A stretch of 64,000 nt of DNA, taken from positions 32,001 to 96,000 of the forward strand of contig CAVYJM010000006.1 of NCBI GenBank assembly GCA_963768855.1, read 5' to 3'. A program made the position numbers and the translations under genes. The notes under the pieces were generated by a model. The model was not told where the DNA came from. It saw nothing but the letters and a program-made list of their open reading frames with translations, and did no database searches. Origin of the DNA: an uncultured Thermoplasmata archaeon. Its GTDB lineage: Archaea; Thermoplasmatota; Thermoplasmata; RBG-16-68-12. How positions within the stretch are numbered: the stretch's first letter is position 1; the number at the start of each line of letters is the position of its first letter. Positions 17,494 to 28,844 of the stretch are shown piece by piece.

Positions 17494-18834
17494 CTAAGGC
17501 CGTGCGTCGAGCGGCACGTAATCGCGCAACGTCTCGCCGATATAGAGCTGGCGCGGCCGGCCGATCTTTTGCTCCGGATCGGCGATCATTTCCTTCCACT
17601 GGGCGATCCAGCCCACCGTGCGCGCGATGGCGAACAGCACCGTGAACATCGAGGTCGGGAAGCCCAGCGCCTTCAGCGTGATGCCGGAATAGAAGTCGAT
17701 GTTCGGATAGAGCTTCTTCTCGATGAAGTATTCGTCCTCAAGCGCGATGCGCTCAAGCTCCATCGCCACCTGCAGAGAGCGGGTCGTTCTTGATGCCGAC
17801 GATCTCAAGCACTTCCTTGCAGGTCTTCTGCATCACCCGCGCGCGCGGATCGTAGTTCTTGTAAACTCGGTGCCCGAAGCCGCTCAGGCGGAAGTTGTCG
17901 TTCTTGTCCTTCGCGCGCTTGATGAACTCGGGGATGCGGTCGACCGTGCCGATCTCCATCAGCATCTTGAGCGCGGCTTCGTTCGCGCCGCCGTGCGCCG
18001 GGCCCCACAGGCAGGCGATGCCGGCCGCGATGCAGGCGAACGGGTTGGCGCCGGAGGAGCCCGCCAGCCGCACCGTCGAGGTGGAGGCGTTTTGCTCGTG
18101 ATCGGCGTGCAGGATCGAAGATGCGGTCCATCGCCCGGCTCAGCACCGGGTTGACCTTATATTCCTCGCTCGGCACCGCGAACGTCATGTAGAGGAAGTT
18201 CGAGGCGTAATCGAGTTCGTTCCGCGGATAGATGAACGGCTGCCCGATGGAATATTTGTAGGCCATCGCGGCGATGGTCGGCATCTTGGCGATCATGCGG
18301 ATCGAGGCGATGTCGCGCTGCACCGGATCGGTGATGTCGATGGAGTCGTGATAGAAGGCCGACAGCGCGCCGACCGTGCCGATCATGACGGCCATCGGAT
18401 GCGCGTCGCGGCGGAACCCGGAGAAGAACCGGTTCATCTGCTCGTGCGTCATCGTGTGGTAGGTGACGCGGTTCTTGAAGTCCAGATATTGCTGCTTGCT
18501 CGGCAGGTCGCCGTACAAGCAGGATGTGGCAGGTTTCGAGGAAGTTGCCTTGCTCGGCAAGCTGCTCGATGGGGTAGCCGCGATAGAGCAGGACGCCCTT
18601 GTCGCCGTCGATGTAGGTGATGTCGGATTTGCACGCGGCCGTCGACGTGAAGCCGGGGTCGTAGGTGAACGCGCCGGATTGGCCATAGAGCTTCGATATA
18701 TCGAGGACATCGGGGCCGACGCTGCCGGAGAATACCGGAAGCTCGTACTGCTTGTTGTGCAGCGTGAGCGTCGCGGAACCGGTCTGCTTAGCCGCCTCTT
18801 GCTTATGCGACGTGTTAGGATCGATGGAGCTCAT
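17494..18834 (-). CDS. gltA: Citrate synthase (type II), three apparent +1 frameshifts (~18515, ~18119, ~17776)
   Basis: [81 protein letters not shown]. Confidence 0.96.
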
Positions 18835-18995
18835 GCCCTTCTCCTAGTGGAATGCAGAGGGCGCGGCATAGGCGCGCACACGGGCGGAAATTGACACGGC
18901 TTGTGCCAAATTTGCTAGTCCAATTTTGCAGTGCACTATAAATGTGCAACTGCACAAGTTCGTGTGCCGCCGGCCCTGGCGTGGCGTGTGGAAAT

Positions 18996-19160
18996 CCCCC
19001 CTCGCTCTGTCTCTCCCCGCGCAAGCACGCCTTGGCGTGCCTGCAACTCAACGTGTCCGCATCCGCAAGCGGTTGCCGAGAGGGTACGTGCCCTATCCGC
19101 AAGGTAGAGCGTAATTCTGGGGTTCCTTCTCCCCTTGCGGGAGAAGGACAGGATGAGGGG
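18996..19160. repeat. REP-like palindromic element, family A, degenerate, with nested hairpin cassette
   Basis: ccccctcgctctgtctctcccc...ggagaaggacaggatgagggg. Confidence 0.8.
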
Positions 19161-19202
19161 TAGGCCCCATACGATGCCTACTAAGACGCCCTATAGCCGC
19201 AA

Positions 19203-19339
19203 TATAGTTAATATTTGCATGGTAAACGCGCGCGCGGCATAATTTCCGCCGCCGTAAAGATCGTGATTTTTTCCATTTTTACCCCCAAATCTGCAATTCA
19301 GAAAATCCGGTTAAACATAGATTATTGCGCGCGTTAACT
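19203..19339 (-). repeat. ~137-bp AT-rich intergenic element, copy 3 (most diverged)
   Basis: Reverse complement shares ordered blocks with copies 1 and 2: GTTAA, TATGTTTAACCGGATT, AATTGCAGATTT, CGGCGGCGGAAATTATG, GTTTACCATGC, ATTAAC. Confidence 0.75.
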
Positions 19340-19560
19340 ATAATGCGCCATCTACGATTGCAACGTAAGCCATTGCAACTCTTGCCGTTGCTTGGCTTTG
19401 TCAGACTTTATCTCGCTCAATCAGCAACTTAGCGCAATTAAAGCTTCCGCAAGGCGCATTCGCTTATAATGCACCATGAAACAAGCCGCTTCATCCGGCG
19501 CTAAACTAATTAGATATATCCAGTAAATGCGGTTAATCGGTGCTTAAAGCGCGATGGCTC

Positions 19561-22452
19561 TCAAGCGACCAACTCGGCGAAAAGGCGCGCGGTGCTGGCG
19601 TAGGTGTCCCGCAGCCGCGCCTCCAGCCGGCTGGCATCCGGCTCGCCGGTTATTTGCAGCAGAAGGCGGGTCAAATCCTTGGGCGCGGTCTTGGGGTCGA
19701 ACCCGCCCTCGGTGCAGAGCCGCAGGATTTGCGCCACGTCCTGATAAAGCTCCACCGCGCGCAACAGCGTGTTGCCGTCGGCCCGGCTCAGAATGCCGGC
19801 GTGGATCAGGTTCCGCAGCGCCTGCGCCGTGTTCGGGCTCAAGACCGCCGGTTCGTCCGCCGCGTGCACAATCAGGAGGAACTGCGTGATGAATTCCGCG
19901 TCGATGAGCCCGCCCTTATGCGTTTTCGTCCGCCAGATGTCGGCCGTGCCCTTCTCCGGCCTCGATCCGGACCCGCATTTCGCGCACGTCGGTGGCGGTT
20001 TTGTCCCGGTCGCGCCGCATGGTGAGCACCTGATGGATATCCTCAGCCAGCCGCGCCCGCAGCGCCGCCGGTCCCGCGATCGCCCGCGCCCGGGTCAGCG
20101 CCAGATGCTCCCACGTCCAGGCTTCCTTCAGCTGATAGGCGAGGAAGCCGTCGAGGCGCACGGCCACCGGCCCGGCCTTGCCGGAGGGCCTGAGCCGCAT
20201 ATCGACCGGATAAAGCAGGCCCTCCGGCGTTGGCGCCGAGATCGCCGCGATCAGCCGCTGCGTCATCCGTGCATAATGATGCGAGGCCTGCGGCGCTGCA
20301 TCGGGCGGCGTGTCGTAGACCACGATCAAATCCAGATCGGAGGAGGCGGCCATTTCGCGCCCGCCGAGCTTGCCCATGCCGATCACCGCCGGCGCGGGAA
20401 AGCCGCCGCCATATTGCGCTTGCACCGCGTCGAGCAGGCTTTCGATCACCGCCTCCGCGACCAGCGAATAATCCTCGCCTGCCTCGGCTGGCGCGAGCTG
20501 CCGCGACAGCAGCCGCACGCCGATGGCGAAGGCTTGCTCCTGGCCCGTGATGCGCGCGCGGTCCAGCCGCTCCTCGTAGGACGCTGGCCTCGAAAATCTC
20601 ACGCCGGATCAGCGCCTTGAGATCCTCCTCGGAGGGCCTTTCGCCGATATAGCCTGGGTCGAGAATCGCGTCCATCAGGCGCCGGCGGCGGCCCAGGATG
20701 TGGGCGAGCCGGGGCGCGGACCCCATGATTTGAGCGATGAGCCGCAAAAGATGCGGATTGGCCCGCAGCATGGAAAACAGCTGCAAGGCGCTGGGCGCCT
20801 CTTTCAAGAAGGCGTCGAAGGTTCCCAACGCCAGGTCCGGGTCGCTGGTATCGCCGAGCGCTTCCAGGAGCGCGGGCGTGAACTCGGTGAGGATCTCCCG
20901 CGCGCGCTCGCTTCGCATCGCTTTGTAGCGGCCGTAATGCCAGCCTTTCACGGTGGCGATGGCCGTGGACGGGCTCTTGAAGCCGAGCTTCTCCAGCGTA
21001 TCCACGGTTCCCGGATCGTCGGCATCGCCGGTGAAGGCGAGATTGCCCGCGACGCGCTGGGGCGTCAGCTCGGGCGTGCTCTCGAACAGCGCGGCGTAAT
21101 GCGCCTCCACGTTCTGCATATGCCAGCGCAGTTCGCTCTTGAAGCGGTCCAGGCTCGCATAGCCGGCAAAGCGGGCGAATTTGGCCAGCTCCTCTTCGCT
21201 CGCGGGAAGCGTATGCGTCTGCTGGTCCGCCATCATTTGCAGACGGTGCTCCAAGCGCCGCAAATAGCGGTAGGCGGCCGAAAGATCGTCGCGGACGGGC
21301 GCGCCGATCCAGTCGAATTTCGCAAGCAGCGTCAGCCCGGTAAGCGTCTCCCGCGCGCGCAGCGCGGGCTGCCGGCCTCCAGCGATAAGCTGCTGGGATT
21401 GCACGAAAAACTCAATCTCGCGGATGCCGCCCCGCCCTAGCTTCAGATTATGCCCGGCAATCGCGATCCGCTGATGCCCCTTGGCGGCATGGATCTGGCG
21501 CTTCATCGCGTGAATGTCGGAGATGGCGTTAAAGTCGAGGTATTTCCGCCAGATATAGGGCTCAAGCGCCTTGAGAAACGCATTCCCTGCCGCGATGTCG
21601 CCGGCCACCGGGCGCGCCTTGACAAGCGCCGCGCGCTCCCAATTCTGGCCCAGGCTTTCGTAATAGCGGAAGGCGGCTTCGGTCGAGATCGCTGCCTGCG
21701 TCGAGCCTGGATCGGGGCGCAGCCGCAGATCGGTGCGGAAGACATAGCCGTCAGCCGTGCGCTCCTGCAGGATGTGGACGAGATCGCGGGTGAGTTGAAC
21801 GAAAAACGTGGCGGGTTCGGTACCTGGGCCAAGCGGCGCGCAGTCGCGGCAGTAAAAGACGATCAGGTCGATGTCGCTCGAATAATTGAGTTCATGCGCG
21901 CCGTATTTGCCCATGCCGAGGATGACAAGGCCGCTGCCTTTCTCGGGATTTGCGGGATCGCGAGGCACATATTTCCCCGCACGCGCGGCCCGGCGCAGCA
22001 GAAAGCGGATGGCAGCGCCCACGAACAGATCGGCGGCTTCGCTCAGCCTGCGCGTGACCTCGTCCACGGTCCAAATGCCGGCCAGGTCGGCGAATGCGAT
22101 CAGAAAGGCGATTTCCGTCTTGCCTTGCCTCAAGATGCGCATGATATCGCGCTGCGCCTCCGCCGCCGCGGCTTCGCGGCTGGTGCGCGACAGGATTTCG
22201 TCGAAATGGGTTTCCGGGGCCGTGTAGAGCGTTGAGGTGAGGAGCAGCGGAGACTTTTCCGCCAAGCCCGCGAGGTAGGAAGAGCCCGCGAAGACGCCGC
22301 CCAGAAAAGCTGGCAATGCGGTCCGGGAATGCTGGCAGCGGCGGCTTCAGGGCAGCGCAAACCCGTTCGAGCCAGCGGCGGCCGTTGCCGGATTCATCGG
22401 CGGCGGGCCCTTCGATCAGGCGTCCGGAAAAGGGACCCGAGCTAATCGGCAT
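19561..22452 (-). CDS. glnE: Bifunctional glutamine synthetase adenylyltransferase, at least three apparent frameshifts (~22320, ~20580, ~19957)
   Basis: GMGKYGAHELNYSSDIDL, FRTDLRLRPDP, NWERAALVKAR, KLGRGGIREIEF, GMGKLGGREMAASSDLDL, VDMRLRPSG, WTWEHLALTRAR. Confidence 0.95.
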
Positions 22453-23917
22453 GGCTAAGCACGGGTTGAAGCTGGACGCTGGTTGCCGCGCCTTCAGCCG
22501 GCAGGTTTTTCTTGAGCGAGAGGCGGACTTTAAGGCCCGGCCGGTTATCCTCAAGCGAGATCGAGCCGCCATGCAGCCGGGCAACCGCGGCCACCAGGCT
22601 AAGCCCTAAGCCGCTGCCCGGAATGGAGCGGCTGGGCTGGAGGCGCACAAAGCGTTGCAGGACGCGCTCCCGGTCGCTCTGCGGAATGCCGGGACCCCGG
22701 TCGGCGATCGCAATGTCCACGGTATCTCCCTTGTCCTCAAGGCCGATATCCACTGTGAGCGGCGAGCCGCCCTGCTGGATCGCGGCCTCCGCGAGCGGAC
22801 CCGCATATTTGATCGCATTGTCCAGGAGGTTGGCCAGCGCTTGCCCGATCAGGTTCTTTTCGCCGCACATCATAACATCGCCCACGCAAGAAAGCCGCAA
22901 GGCAAGCCCGCGCTCCTCGGCGGCAGGCTCGTATAGCTCGGCTACATCGCGGGTCAACGTACAGACATTGAGTGGTCCGAAGCTTTCGGAGCGCGAGCCG
23001 GCCTCCAGGCGCGCGATGCTCAGGAGCGAGTCGAAGGTCTGGATCAGCGCGTCCGCCTCCTCGATGACCGAGCCCAGGGCCTCGGCCAGATTTTCCGGCG
23101 AGCGGCTCGTTTGCAGCGCGCGCTCCGCCCGCGTGCGCAACCGGTGCAGCGGCGTTTTGAGGTCGTGCGCGATATTGTCCGAAACGTCCTTGAGCCCGGT
23201 CATGAGGTCCTGGATGCGGTCGAGCATGGCATTCAGGTTGCGGGCCTGGCGGTCGAACTCGTCGTTCCGGCCCGTAACCGGAATGCGCTGGGCCATATTG
23301 CCTTGCATGATGGCCCGCGCCGTATTCGAGGCCGCATCCACGCGCCCCAAAATCCTGCGGCTCACCATGACGCCCCCGGCAATCCCAATGACAACAATGA
23401 ACGCATAGCCCAAGAAAAAGGCCTGCCGGAGCACGCGCTTGAGCGCCTCCTGGCTTTCGATATTCCGCGCAACGATCAAGTGCAGATCGCCCGGGAGCCG
23501 GGCAACGAGCCCCCAAGCCTCGCTTAACTGGCCGTCATCGCGCTTGCGGTAGACGAACTGCGCGGCGTCCTGGGTATTCCAGAGGTCCGTTGCCACCATG
23601 TCGAGATTGCCCGCAAGCCGTCTGCGGTCGCTGCCGGTGAGAAGGTAAAGCGCGTTGCTCGATGAGGCCGAACGCTCGGAAATCGCTGCCACGAGAGATG
23701 GCACCCCGCCCTCCCGGTAGCGCGTTGCTAGAGCCTCGAAATCGGCCTGCACCGCCGCTTCCGCCTCGTGGCTGAGAAAGCCCTGCATTTCGTGGTTGAC
23801 GTAAATGAAGGTGCCGGCGACTGCCGCGCAAAATAGCGAGATGTAGATGGCAAAAAGCCGGAACGGCGTTGCGAAGACAACGCGCGGAACGAGCTTTTCG
23901 AGTTTAATTGCGGTCAT
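22442..23917 (-). CDS. HAMP-domain sensor histidine kinase
   Basis: Two transmembrane segments, HAMP domain, IAHDLKTPL H-box, NLLDNAIKY, DRGPGI, GSGLGLSLV. Confidence 0.95.
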   Translation of the reverse strand: MTAIKLEKLVPRVVFATPFRLFAIYISLFCAAVAGTFIYVNHEMQGFLSHEAEAAVQADFEALATRYREGGVPSLVAAISERSASSSNALYLLTGSDRRRLAGNLDMVATDLWNTQDAAQFVYRKRDDGQLSEAWGLVARLPGDLHLIVARNIESQEALKRVLRQAFFLGYAFIVVIGIAGGVMVSRRILGRVDAASNTARAIMQGNMAQRIPVTGRNDEFDRQARNLNAMLDRIQDLMTGLKDVSDNIAHDLKTPLHRLRTRAERALQTSRSPENLAEALGSVIEEADALIQTFDSLLSIARLEAGSRSESFGPLNVCTLTRDVAELYEPAAEERGLALRLSCVGDVMMCGEKNLIGQALANLLDNAIKYAGPLAEAAIQQGGSPLTVDIGLEDKGDTVDIAIADRGPGIPQSDRERVLQRFVRLQPSRSIPGSGLGLSLVAAVARLHGGSISLEDNRPGLKVRLSLKKNLPAEGAATSVQLQPVLSHAD

Positions 23918-24584
23918 TGCGGATCATGTAGCCCGCCCCGCGCACCGTTTCCAGCAGCGGTTTGTCCTGCCCCTTGTCGATCTTGCTGCGTAGCCTGGAG
24001 ATATGAACGTCGATCACATTGGTCTGCGGATCGAAGTGGTAGTCCCAAACGTTTTCGAGGAGCATCGTTCGCGTGACCACTTGGCCTGCGTGCCGCATGA
24101 GGTATTCGAGGAGGCGGTATTCGCGCGGCTGCAGCAGGATCGTTTCGCCGCCGCGCGTGACTTTGTGCGACAGCCGGTCCAGGACGAGATCGCCCACGGC
24201 GTAGGTCGTGACCGCGCCCTCGGAAGGCCCGCGCCGCGTCAAGGCTTCAACCCGCGCCACCAATTCCACGAGGGAATAAGGCTTGGGCAAGTAGTCGTCG
24301 CCGCCGGCGCGCAGCCCCTTGACCCGGTCGTCGACCGCGCCGAGAGCGCTCAGAATCAGCACGGGCGTGCGGTCGCCGCGCGCCCTGAGCCGCTCAACCA
24401 GCGTCAAACCGTCGAGCTTGGGGAGCATGCGGTCGACGATCAGCACTCCGAAGGTTTGGGTGCTCGCGAGTTCGAAGCCCGCTTCGCCGTCGCTTGCGAT
24501 CTCTGTCTGATAGCCGGCCTCGCCGAGCGCTTTTGCAAGGAAATCGGCCGCCGTGCGGTCGTCTTCAACGATCAAAACTCGCAT
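23904..24584 (-). CDS. OmpR-family response regulator
   Basis: VLIVEDD, IVDRMLP, GGDDYLPKP, TNVIDVHISRLRSKID, TVRGAGY. Confidence 0.96.
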   Translation of the reverse strand: MRVLIVEDDRTAADFLAKALGEAGYQTEIASDGEAGFELASTQTFGVLIVDRMLPKLDGLTLVERLRARGDRTPVLILSALGAVDDRVKGLRAGGDDYLPKPYSLVELVARVEALTRRGPSEGAVTTYAVGDLVLDRLSHKVTRGGETILLQPREYRLLEYLMRHAGQVVTRTMLLENVWDYHFDPQTNVIDVHISRLRSKIDKGQDKPLLETVRGAGYMIRNDRN

Positions 24585-24635
24585 TTTGGCACCCTTGGCG
24601 AGAGTGGGAATGTACCCTTAAGAAATAGGCTGAGG

Positions 24636-24670
24636 AAAAAGGGAAGACGAGGGGGAGCCCCCTCGTCTTC
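24636..24670 (-). terminator. Rho-independent terminator after degP
   Basis: Stem gaagacgagggg / cccctcgtcttc followed on the minus strand by cc-ttttt. Confidence 0.75.
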
Positions 24671-24680
24671 TGGTTGGAAT

Positions 24681-26231
24681 TTAGTGCTTGCCGTTATCTT
24701 TGTCTTTATCTTTGTCATCGCCGCCGCGGCTGGGCTTCGGATCCAGCGGAAGCGCCAGGAAGCGGGATTGCTTGTCGCGGCCGCGGATCTGCAGGAGCAC
24801 CACACGCTTGCCCTTCTCACGGGCGTCGCGGATGCCGGCGCTCACATCCTCCACGGTCGAAACCGCCTTGCTGTTAAGCTCAAGGATGATATCGCCGCGC
24901 TTGATGCCTTGATCGGCGGCCTTCGAGTTCGGATCGACAGCCGCTACCGCAACGCCTTCCTTCGACTTGCTGCCTGGCAGGTCGGGCGCGGGGACGAGCG
25001 TCAGGCCAAGGTCTTCGACTTCCTTGCCGGCGTCTTCATCGTTGCCGCCGCCCATGAAGGCAACCTTCTCGGTATCCGGATACTCGCCGAGCAGCACGTT
25101 GACGTCGCGCTCAGCGCCATTGCGGAAGATGTGCAGATGAGCGTCGGTGCCTGGGCTCAGCGCCGCGATCGTCCGGGCAAGCTCGCGGGAGTTGGAGACG
25201 GGCTTGCCGTTGACCTGCAGGATGACGTCCTGCATCTTGAGTTCGGACTTGGACGCGGGGCCATCGGCCAAGATCTTCGCGATGAGAGCGCCCTTCCCGT
25301 CCTTCAGGCCAAGCCCTTCGGCGAGGTTATCGTCGACATTCTGAATCTGAACGCCGAGCCAGCCGCTGCTGACCTTGCCCTTGTCCTTGAGCTTCTGCAC
25401 GACGTCGCGCGCCGTGGCCGAGGGGATCGCGAACGCGATGCCGACGCTGCCGCCGCTTGGGCTATAAATCGCGGTGTTCACGCCAATGACCTTGCCGTCG
25501 AGATTGACGGAGGGGCCGCCGGAATTTCCGCGGTTCACAGCTGCGTCGATCTGCAGGAAGTCGTAGGGGCCGGAGCCGATGTCGCGGCCCTGGGCCGAGA
25601 CGATGCCGGCCGTAACCGTGCCACCGAGGCCGAACGGATTGCCGACGGCCAGGACCCAGTCGCCAACGCGCGGTGTGGAATCGGCGAATTCAAGGTAATG
25701 ATCGAACTTCTTTTTGCTCTCGATCTTCAGGAGAGCGATATCGGTGCGGGCATCGCTGCCGACGACCTTGGCCTTGTACTTCTCTTCGTTCTCGAAGGTG
25801 ATCTCGATTTCGTCGGCCTTCTCGGCGACGTGATGGTTCGTCACCACATAGCCGTCCGCGGAGATAAGGAAGCCCGAGCCCTGTGCGCGCATTGGATGCC
25901 GCTCGGGCTGATTGCGCTTGAACTGGTCGAAGAAGTCGCGGAAATCCTGCGGCAAATCCGGTATCGGCACATCCTTGCCTGAAGTTTCGCCCACCGTGCC
26001 GGCGGACTTCACGTTGACGCTGACGACGGCGGGCCGGACTTTGTCGGCCAGATCGGCGAAGCTCGGCGGGCGCTGATCCTGCGCGGCGGCGGCGGTTACG
26101 AACGCGGTTTGCGGGATTACCGCCAGGAGGGTGGCGCCCAGCAGGCCCGCCCCCGCAATCGCACTCAGCGGCCTCAGCCGCCGGCGCGAGAAGAAATTGC
26201 CCGTATCGTCGTGGATTTGTCCGGACGCCAT
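24681..26231 (-). CDS. degP: Do/DegP family periplasmic serine protease with two PDZ domains
   Basis: GSGFLI, VTNHHV (His), TDIALLK (Asp), GNSGGP (Ser), two PDZ domains, N-terminal signal. Confidence 0.93.
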   Translation of the reverse strand: MASGQIHDDTGNFFSRRRLRPLSAIAGAGLLGATLLAVIPQTAFVTAAAAQDQRPPSFADLADKVRPAVVSVNVKSAGTVGETSGKDVPIPDLPQDFRDFFDQFKRNQPERHPMRAQGSGFLISADGYVVTNHHVAEKADEIEITFENEEKYKAKVVGSDARTDIALLKIESKKKFDHYLEFADSTPRVGDWVLAVGNPFGLGGTVTAGIVSAQGRDIGSGPYDFLQIDAAVNRGNSGGPSVNLDGKVIGVNTAIYSPSGGSVGIAFAIPSATARDVVQKLKDKGKVSSGWLGVQIQNVDDNLAEGLGLKDGKGALIAKILADGPASKSELKMQDVILQVNGKPVSNSRELARTIAALSPGTDAHLHIFRNGAERDVNVLLGEYPDTEKVAFMGGGNDEDAGKEVEDLGLTLVPAPDLPGSKSKEGVAVAAVDPNSKAADQGIKRGDIILELNSKAVSTVEDVSAGIRDAREKGKRVVLLQIRGRDKQSRFLALPLDPKPSRGGDDKDKDKDNGKH

Positions 26232-26707
26232 TGGCTTCCCACTCCCCTGTGTAATTAATCGTCAAGTTGATATAGGCGTCCTTAGGTTACAAGCCGCTTG
26301 CCGCTAGATTAAAAAGTGTTAAGGCGGGCGGGCGTCCTGAAAAATCCAGCAAGGAATAATCGCGCCGCTCACAGCAGCGCGCAGGCCGGACATGGCGTGA
26401 ACCATGTGGCAAAGGGGCAATTCGTGGCATCGGGTGTGCAGTAAGCTCAGGCTTGGCAGTCTTGCTGCTTCCAAGGTCTTGAATTCAAAACGAAAGGCGT
26501 TGCTGAAACTCACCCTGGCAAACGAGTGTTCCTAAAACGATTGTGCGCCTTGAGTAACATAAGTGCATCAATCCACGCACAAGATGTCATATTAAGATCA
26601 CAATTCAACTCATGGATGTTGACGCTTGTCTTTTTGCACTCTCAAAATAGGGGCGCAATGTTGCGTCCAAGTTTGGCGTCTTGAGGCGTAGCCAAGAAGG
26701 AGTTGGA

Positions 26708-27820
26708 ATGAAGTTACGTCCGATCAATTTTCTAATAGCGATATTCGCTGTTTTTGTTTCAGTAATTGCAACGGCCTATGGGGCAAGCAAGTCCTGGCAC
26801 CCGGAATCGGTCGCGGCGCGGGAAATGGAGCTTGCCAAAGAGTTCGAGGGAAAGGGCCTGAAGCTAGGCTCGCCGGTCTTCGTCCGCGTGTACAAGCAGA
26901 CTTCCGAGATGGAGCTTTGGGTCCAGCAGGGGCCGCGCTACGTACTTTTCAAGGTCTACAGAATCTGCCGCTGGTCCGGTGGCTTAGGCCCGAAATTCTA
27001 CGAGGGCGACAGGCAGTCGCCTGAGGGGCTTTACCGGATCACAACGTCCGATCTCATCGTGAACCGGCGCTGGGACCGGGCGATGAACATCAATTATCCG
27101 AATACTTTCGACCAGATGAACGGCAGGTCCGGCTCCAGCATCCTCATTCATGGCGGCTGCGGCTCCATTGGCTGCTTTGCGATCCAAAACGAAAATGTGG
27201 AGGAGGTTTACGGGGCGGTGCGCGCCGCGCTGCGCTATGGCCAAAGCTATGTGCCGGTGCTGGCTTTGCCATTCCGTTACTCCGCCATGGCGCCAGAGCG
27301 GGAAGACACGCTGCACATGAGCGAGTTCTGGACCGATTTGCGGCGCGCGGATCTGCTCTTCGAAAGGGATAAGCTTCCGCCCGCCGCCTGGATTTGCGAC
27401 GGCCGCTATTATTTCGCCGACCGGCGCGGCGACAGGCGCCGCCATGCGGTGCACCTGCCGGGCTGCAGGCCGCTCGACAATTCCACCGGCATGCGGGATG
27501 CCAAGAACCGTCCCGAGCCGGAAAAGCCCGTTGTGGATGCCTCCGCGGAGGACACGCAAAAGGCGGACGGCGCGCGGCAAGCCGTGGAGAGCCTCCAAAA
27601 GGCGGTTGAGAATGAACCGCAGGCTGGCAAGCGGAAAAGCATGCCTGCCGGGCTGACGCACGCCGCGCTCAAGGCCCCGGCCGCCTGCCCCCGGAAATAT
27701 CCCCGCTGCCGCTTCTTCGTCGGGGCGGAGCCGAAGCGGGCGCGATCCGCGAGCAGGAAAAGCAACGTCCTCCACGTGAAGCACCACCCCGGCCGGGCCG
27801 GCAAGTTCAGGCGGCTATAG
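26708..27820 (+). CDS. L,D-transpeptidase family (YafK/DpaA-like) protein
   Basis: Signal peptide, FVRVYKQTSEMELW, GPKFYEGDRQSPEGLY, NINYPNTFD, ILIHGGCGSIGC (HxxxxSxGC). Confidence 0.88.
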   Translation: MKLRPINFLIAIFAVFVSVIATAYGASKSWHPESVAAREMELAKEFEGKGLKLGSPVFVRVYKQTSEMELWVQQGPRYVLFKVYRICRWSGGLGPKFYEGDRQSPEGLYRITTSDLIVNRRWDRAMNINYPNTFDQMNGRSGSSILIHGGCGSIGCFAIQNENVEEVYGAVRAALRYGQSYVPVLALPFRYSAMAPEREDTLHMSEFWTDLRRADLLFERDKLPPAAWICDGRYYFADRRGDRRRHAVHLPGCRPLDNSTGMRDAKNRPEPEKPVVDASAEDTQKADGARQAVESLQKAVENEPQAGKRKSMPAGLTHAALKAPAACPRKYPRCRFFVGAEPKRARSASRKSNVLHVKHHPGRAGKFRRL

Positions 27821-27847
27821 CCCCTGATCGCTTCGCCATCCGGTGGC

Positions 27848-27887
27848 CGTCATCGCGGATAACGCCTCCGGCGTTTCCGGGATGACG
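27848..27887. repeat. Short family B REP hairpin between convergent genes
   Basis: cgtcatcgcgga-taacgcc-tcc-ggcgtt-tccgggatgacg. Confidence 0.7.
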
Positions 27888-27921
27888 TTGCAGACCGCGG
27901 GATTTCGGAAGGCACTCCAAT

Positions 27922-28635
27922 TCAGGCGACGCGCCAAAGCTTCGCGGCGTGGAGCATGAAGAGCTTGGGCTCCGATTTGTGCAGCGAGCGGATGGCTTTG
28001 GAACGGCATGAGAGCCCGCCGGCATAGGCGCCGAAGGCTGGCATGATGAGCAGATCCTCCGAAACGCAGAAGCAAGGGCCGGAAAAGCGGTAGCCGCCTG
28101 CCGGCACGCTGGCCTTCGGATGGAGATGGCCCACAATCTGCGGGGTTGCGCGGGCGGCGGCCGGTTCGTGGCGCAGGATCGCGCCGCCAATCTCAATTTC
28201 GGTGCGGGTTTCGCCGCCGCAAAACGCAGGCGTTTCCGGATCGTGATTGCCGCCAAGCCATATCCATTCGTCAACGGATGCGCAAAGCGAGGATAGCTCG
28301 TCCTTATCCGCGGCCGCCATGCGCTCGCCCGCGAAGCAGTCGTCGAAGCTGTCGCCAAGGCAGATAACGCGCTCCGGCCGGTAGGCTTCGAGGACGCGTT
28401 TCAGCCGGTGGAGCGTATCGCGGCTGTCGAGCGCCGGCAGGAGGCGGCCCTTGGACGCGGCGCGCGATCCCTTTTCGAGATGGAGATCCGCAATGATGAG
28501 CGTGTCCCGCGCGCGCATATAGGCGGCGCCGGATGCGTCGAGCGTAAGGGCCAGCCCCGCGAACTCGATCTGAATTGCAGGCTTGCCGGTACCCGGCACC
28601 TGCCCCGGCAGCGCGTCTGTTCCTTGCGATCTCAT
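27922..28635 (-). CDS. pdeM: Ligase-associated DNA damage response metallophosphoesterase
   Basis: ADLHLEKGS, LGDSFD, GNHD, RHEP, GHLHP, MPAFGAYAGGL. Confidence 0.85.
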   Translation of the reverse strand: MRSQGTDALPGQVPGTGKPAIQIEFAGLALTLDASGAAYMRARDTLIIADLHLEKGSRAASKGRLLPALDSRDTLHRLKRVLEAYRPERVICLGDSFDDCFAGERMAAADKDELSSLCASVDEWIWLGGNHDPETPAFCGGETRTEIEIGGAILRHEPAAARATPQIVGHLHPKASVPAGGYRFSGPCFCVSEDLLIMPAFGAYAGGLSCRSKAIRSLHKSEPKLFMLHAAKLWRVA

Positions 28636-28664
28636 GCCAAATCCGCTTGATTGCTTCACGAAGT

Positions 28665-28773
28665 CCCCCCTCATCCTGTCCTTCTCCCCGAGGGGAGAAG
28701 GAACCCTCGAACTGTCCGCAGAGGATGTTCTAGGGTCCTCTCTCCCCTTGGGGAGAGAGACAGAGTGAGGGGG
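28665..28773. repeat. REP-like palindromic element, family A
   Basis: ccccctcatcctgtccttctcccc...ggggagagagacagagtgaggggg; between ispE and pdeM. Confidence 0.88.
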
Positions 28774-28844
28774 TCTTTCGCCGAAGCCATGAAGCAATCA
28801 ACCGGTTTTGTCATCGCTCCTTTTCGCGTCTCTTCAAAGGCACA

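Noticed and set aside
26265-26300. RpoH promoter for degP (CTTG...CCTATAT on the minus strand)
   Set aside because: CCTATAT is present but the spacing to CTTGTA is only 11 nt, well short of the ~15-16 nt expected.
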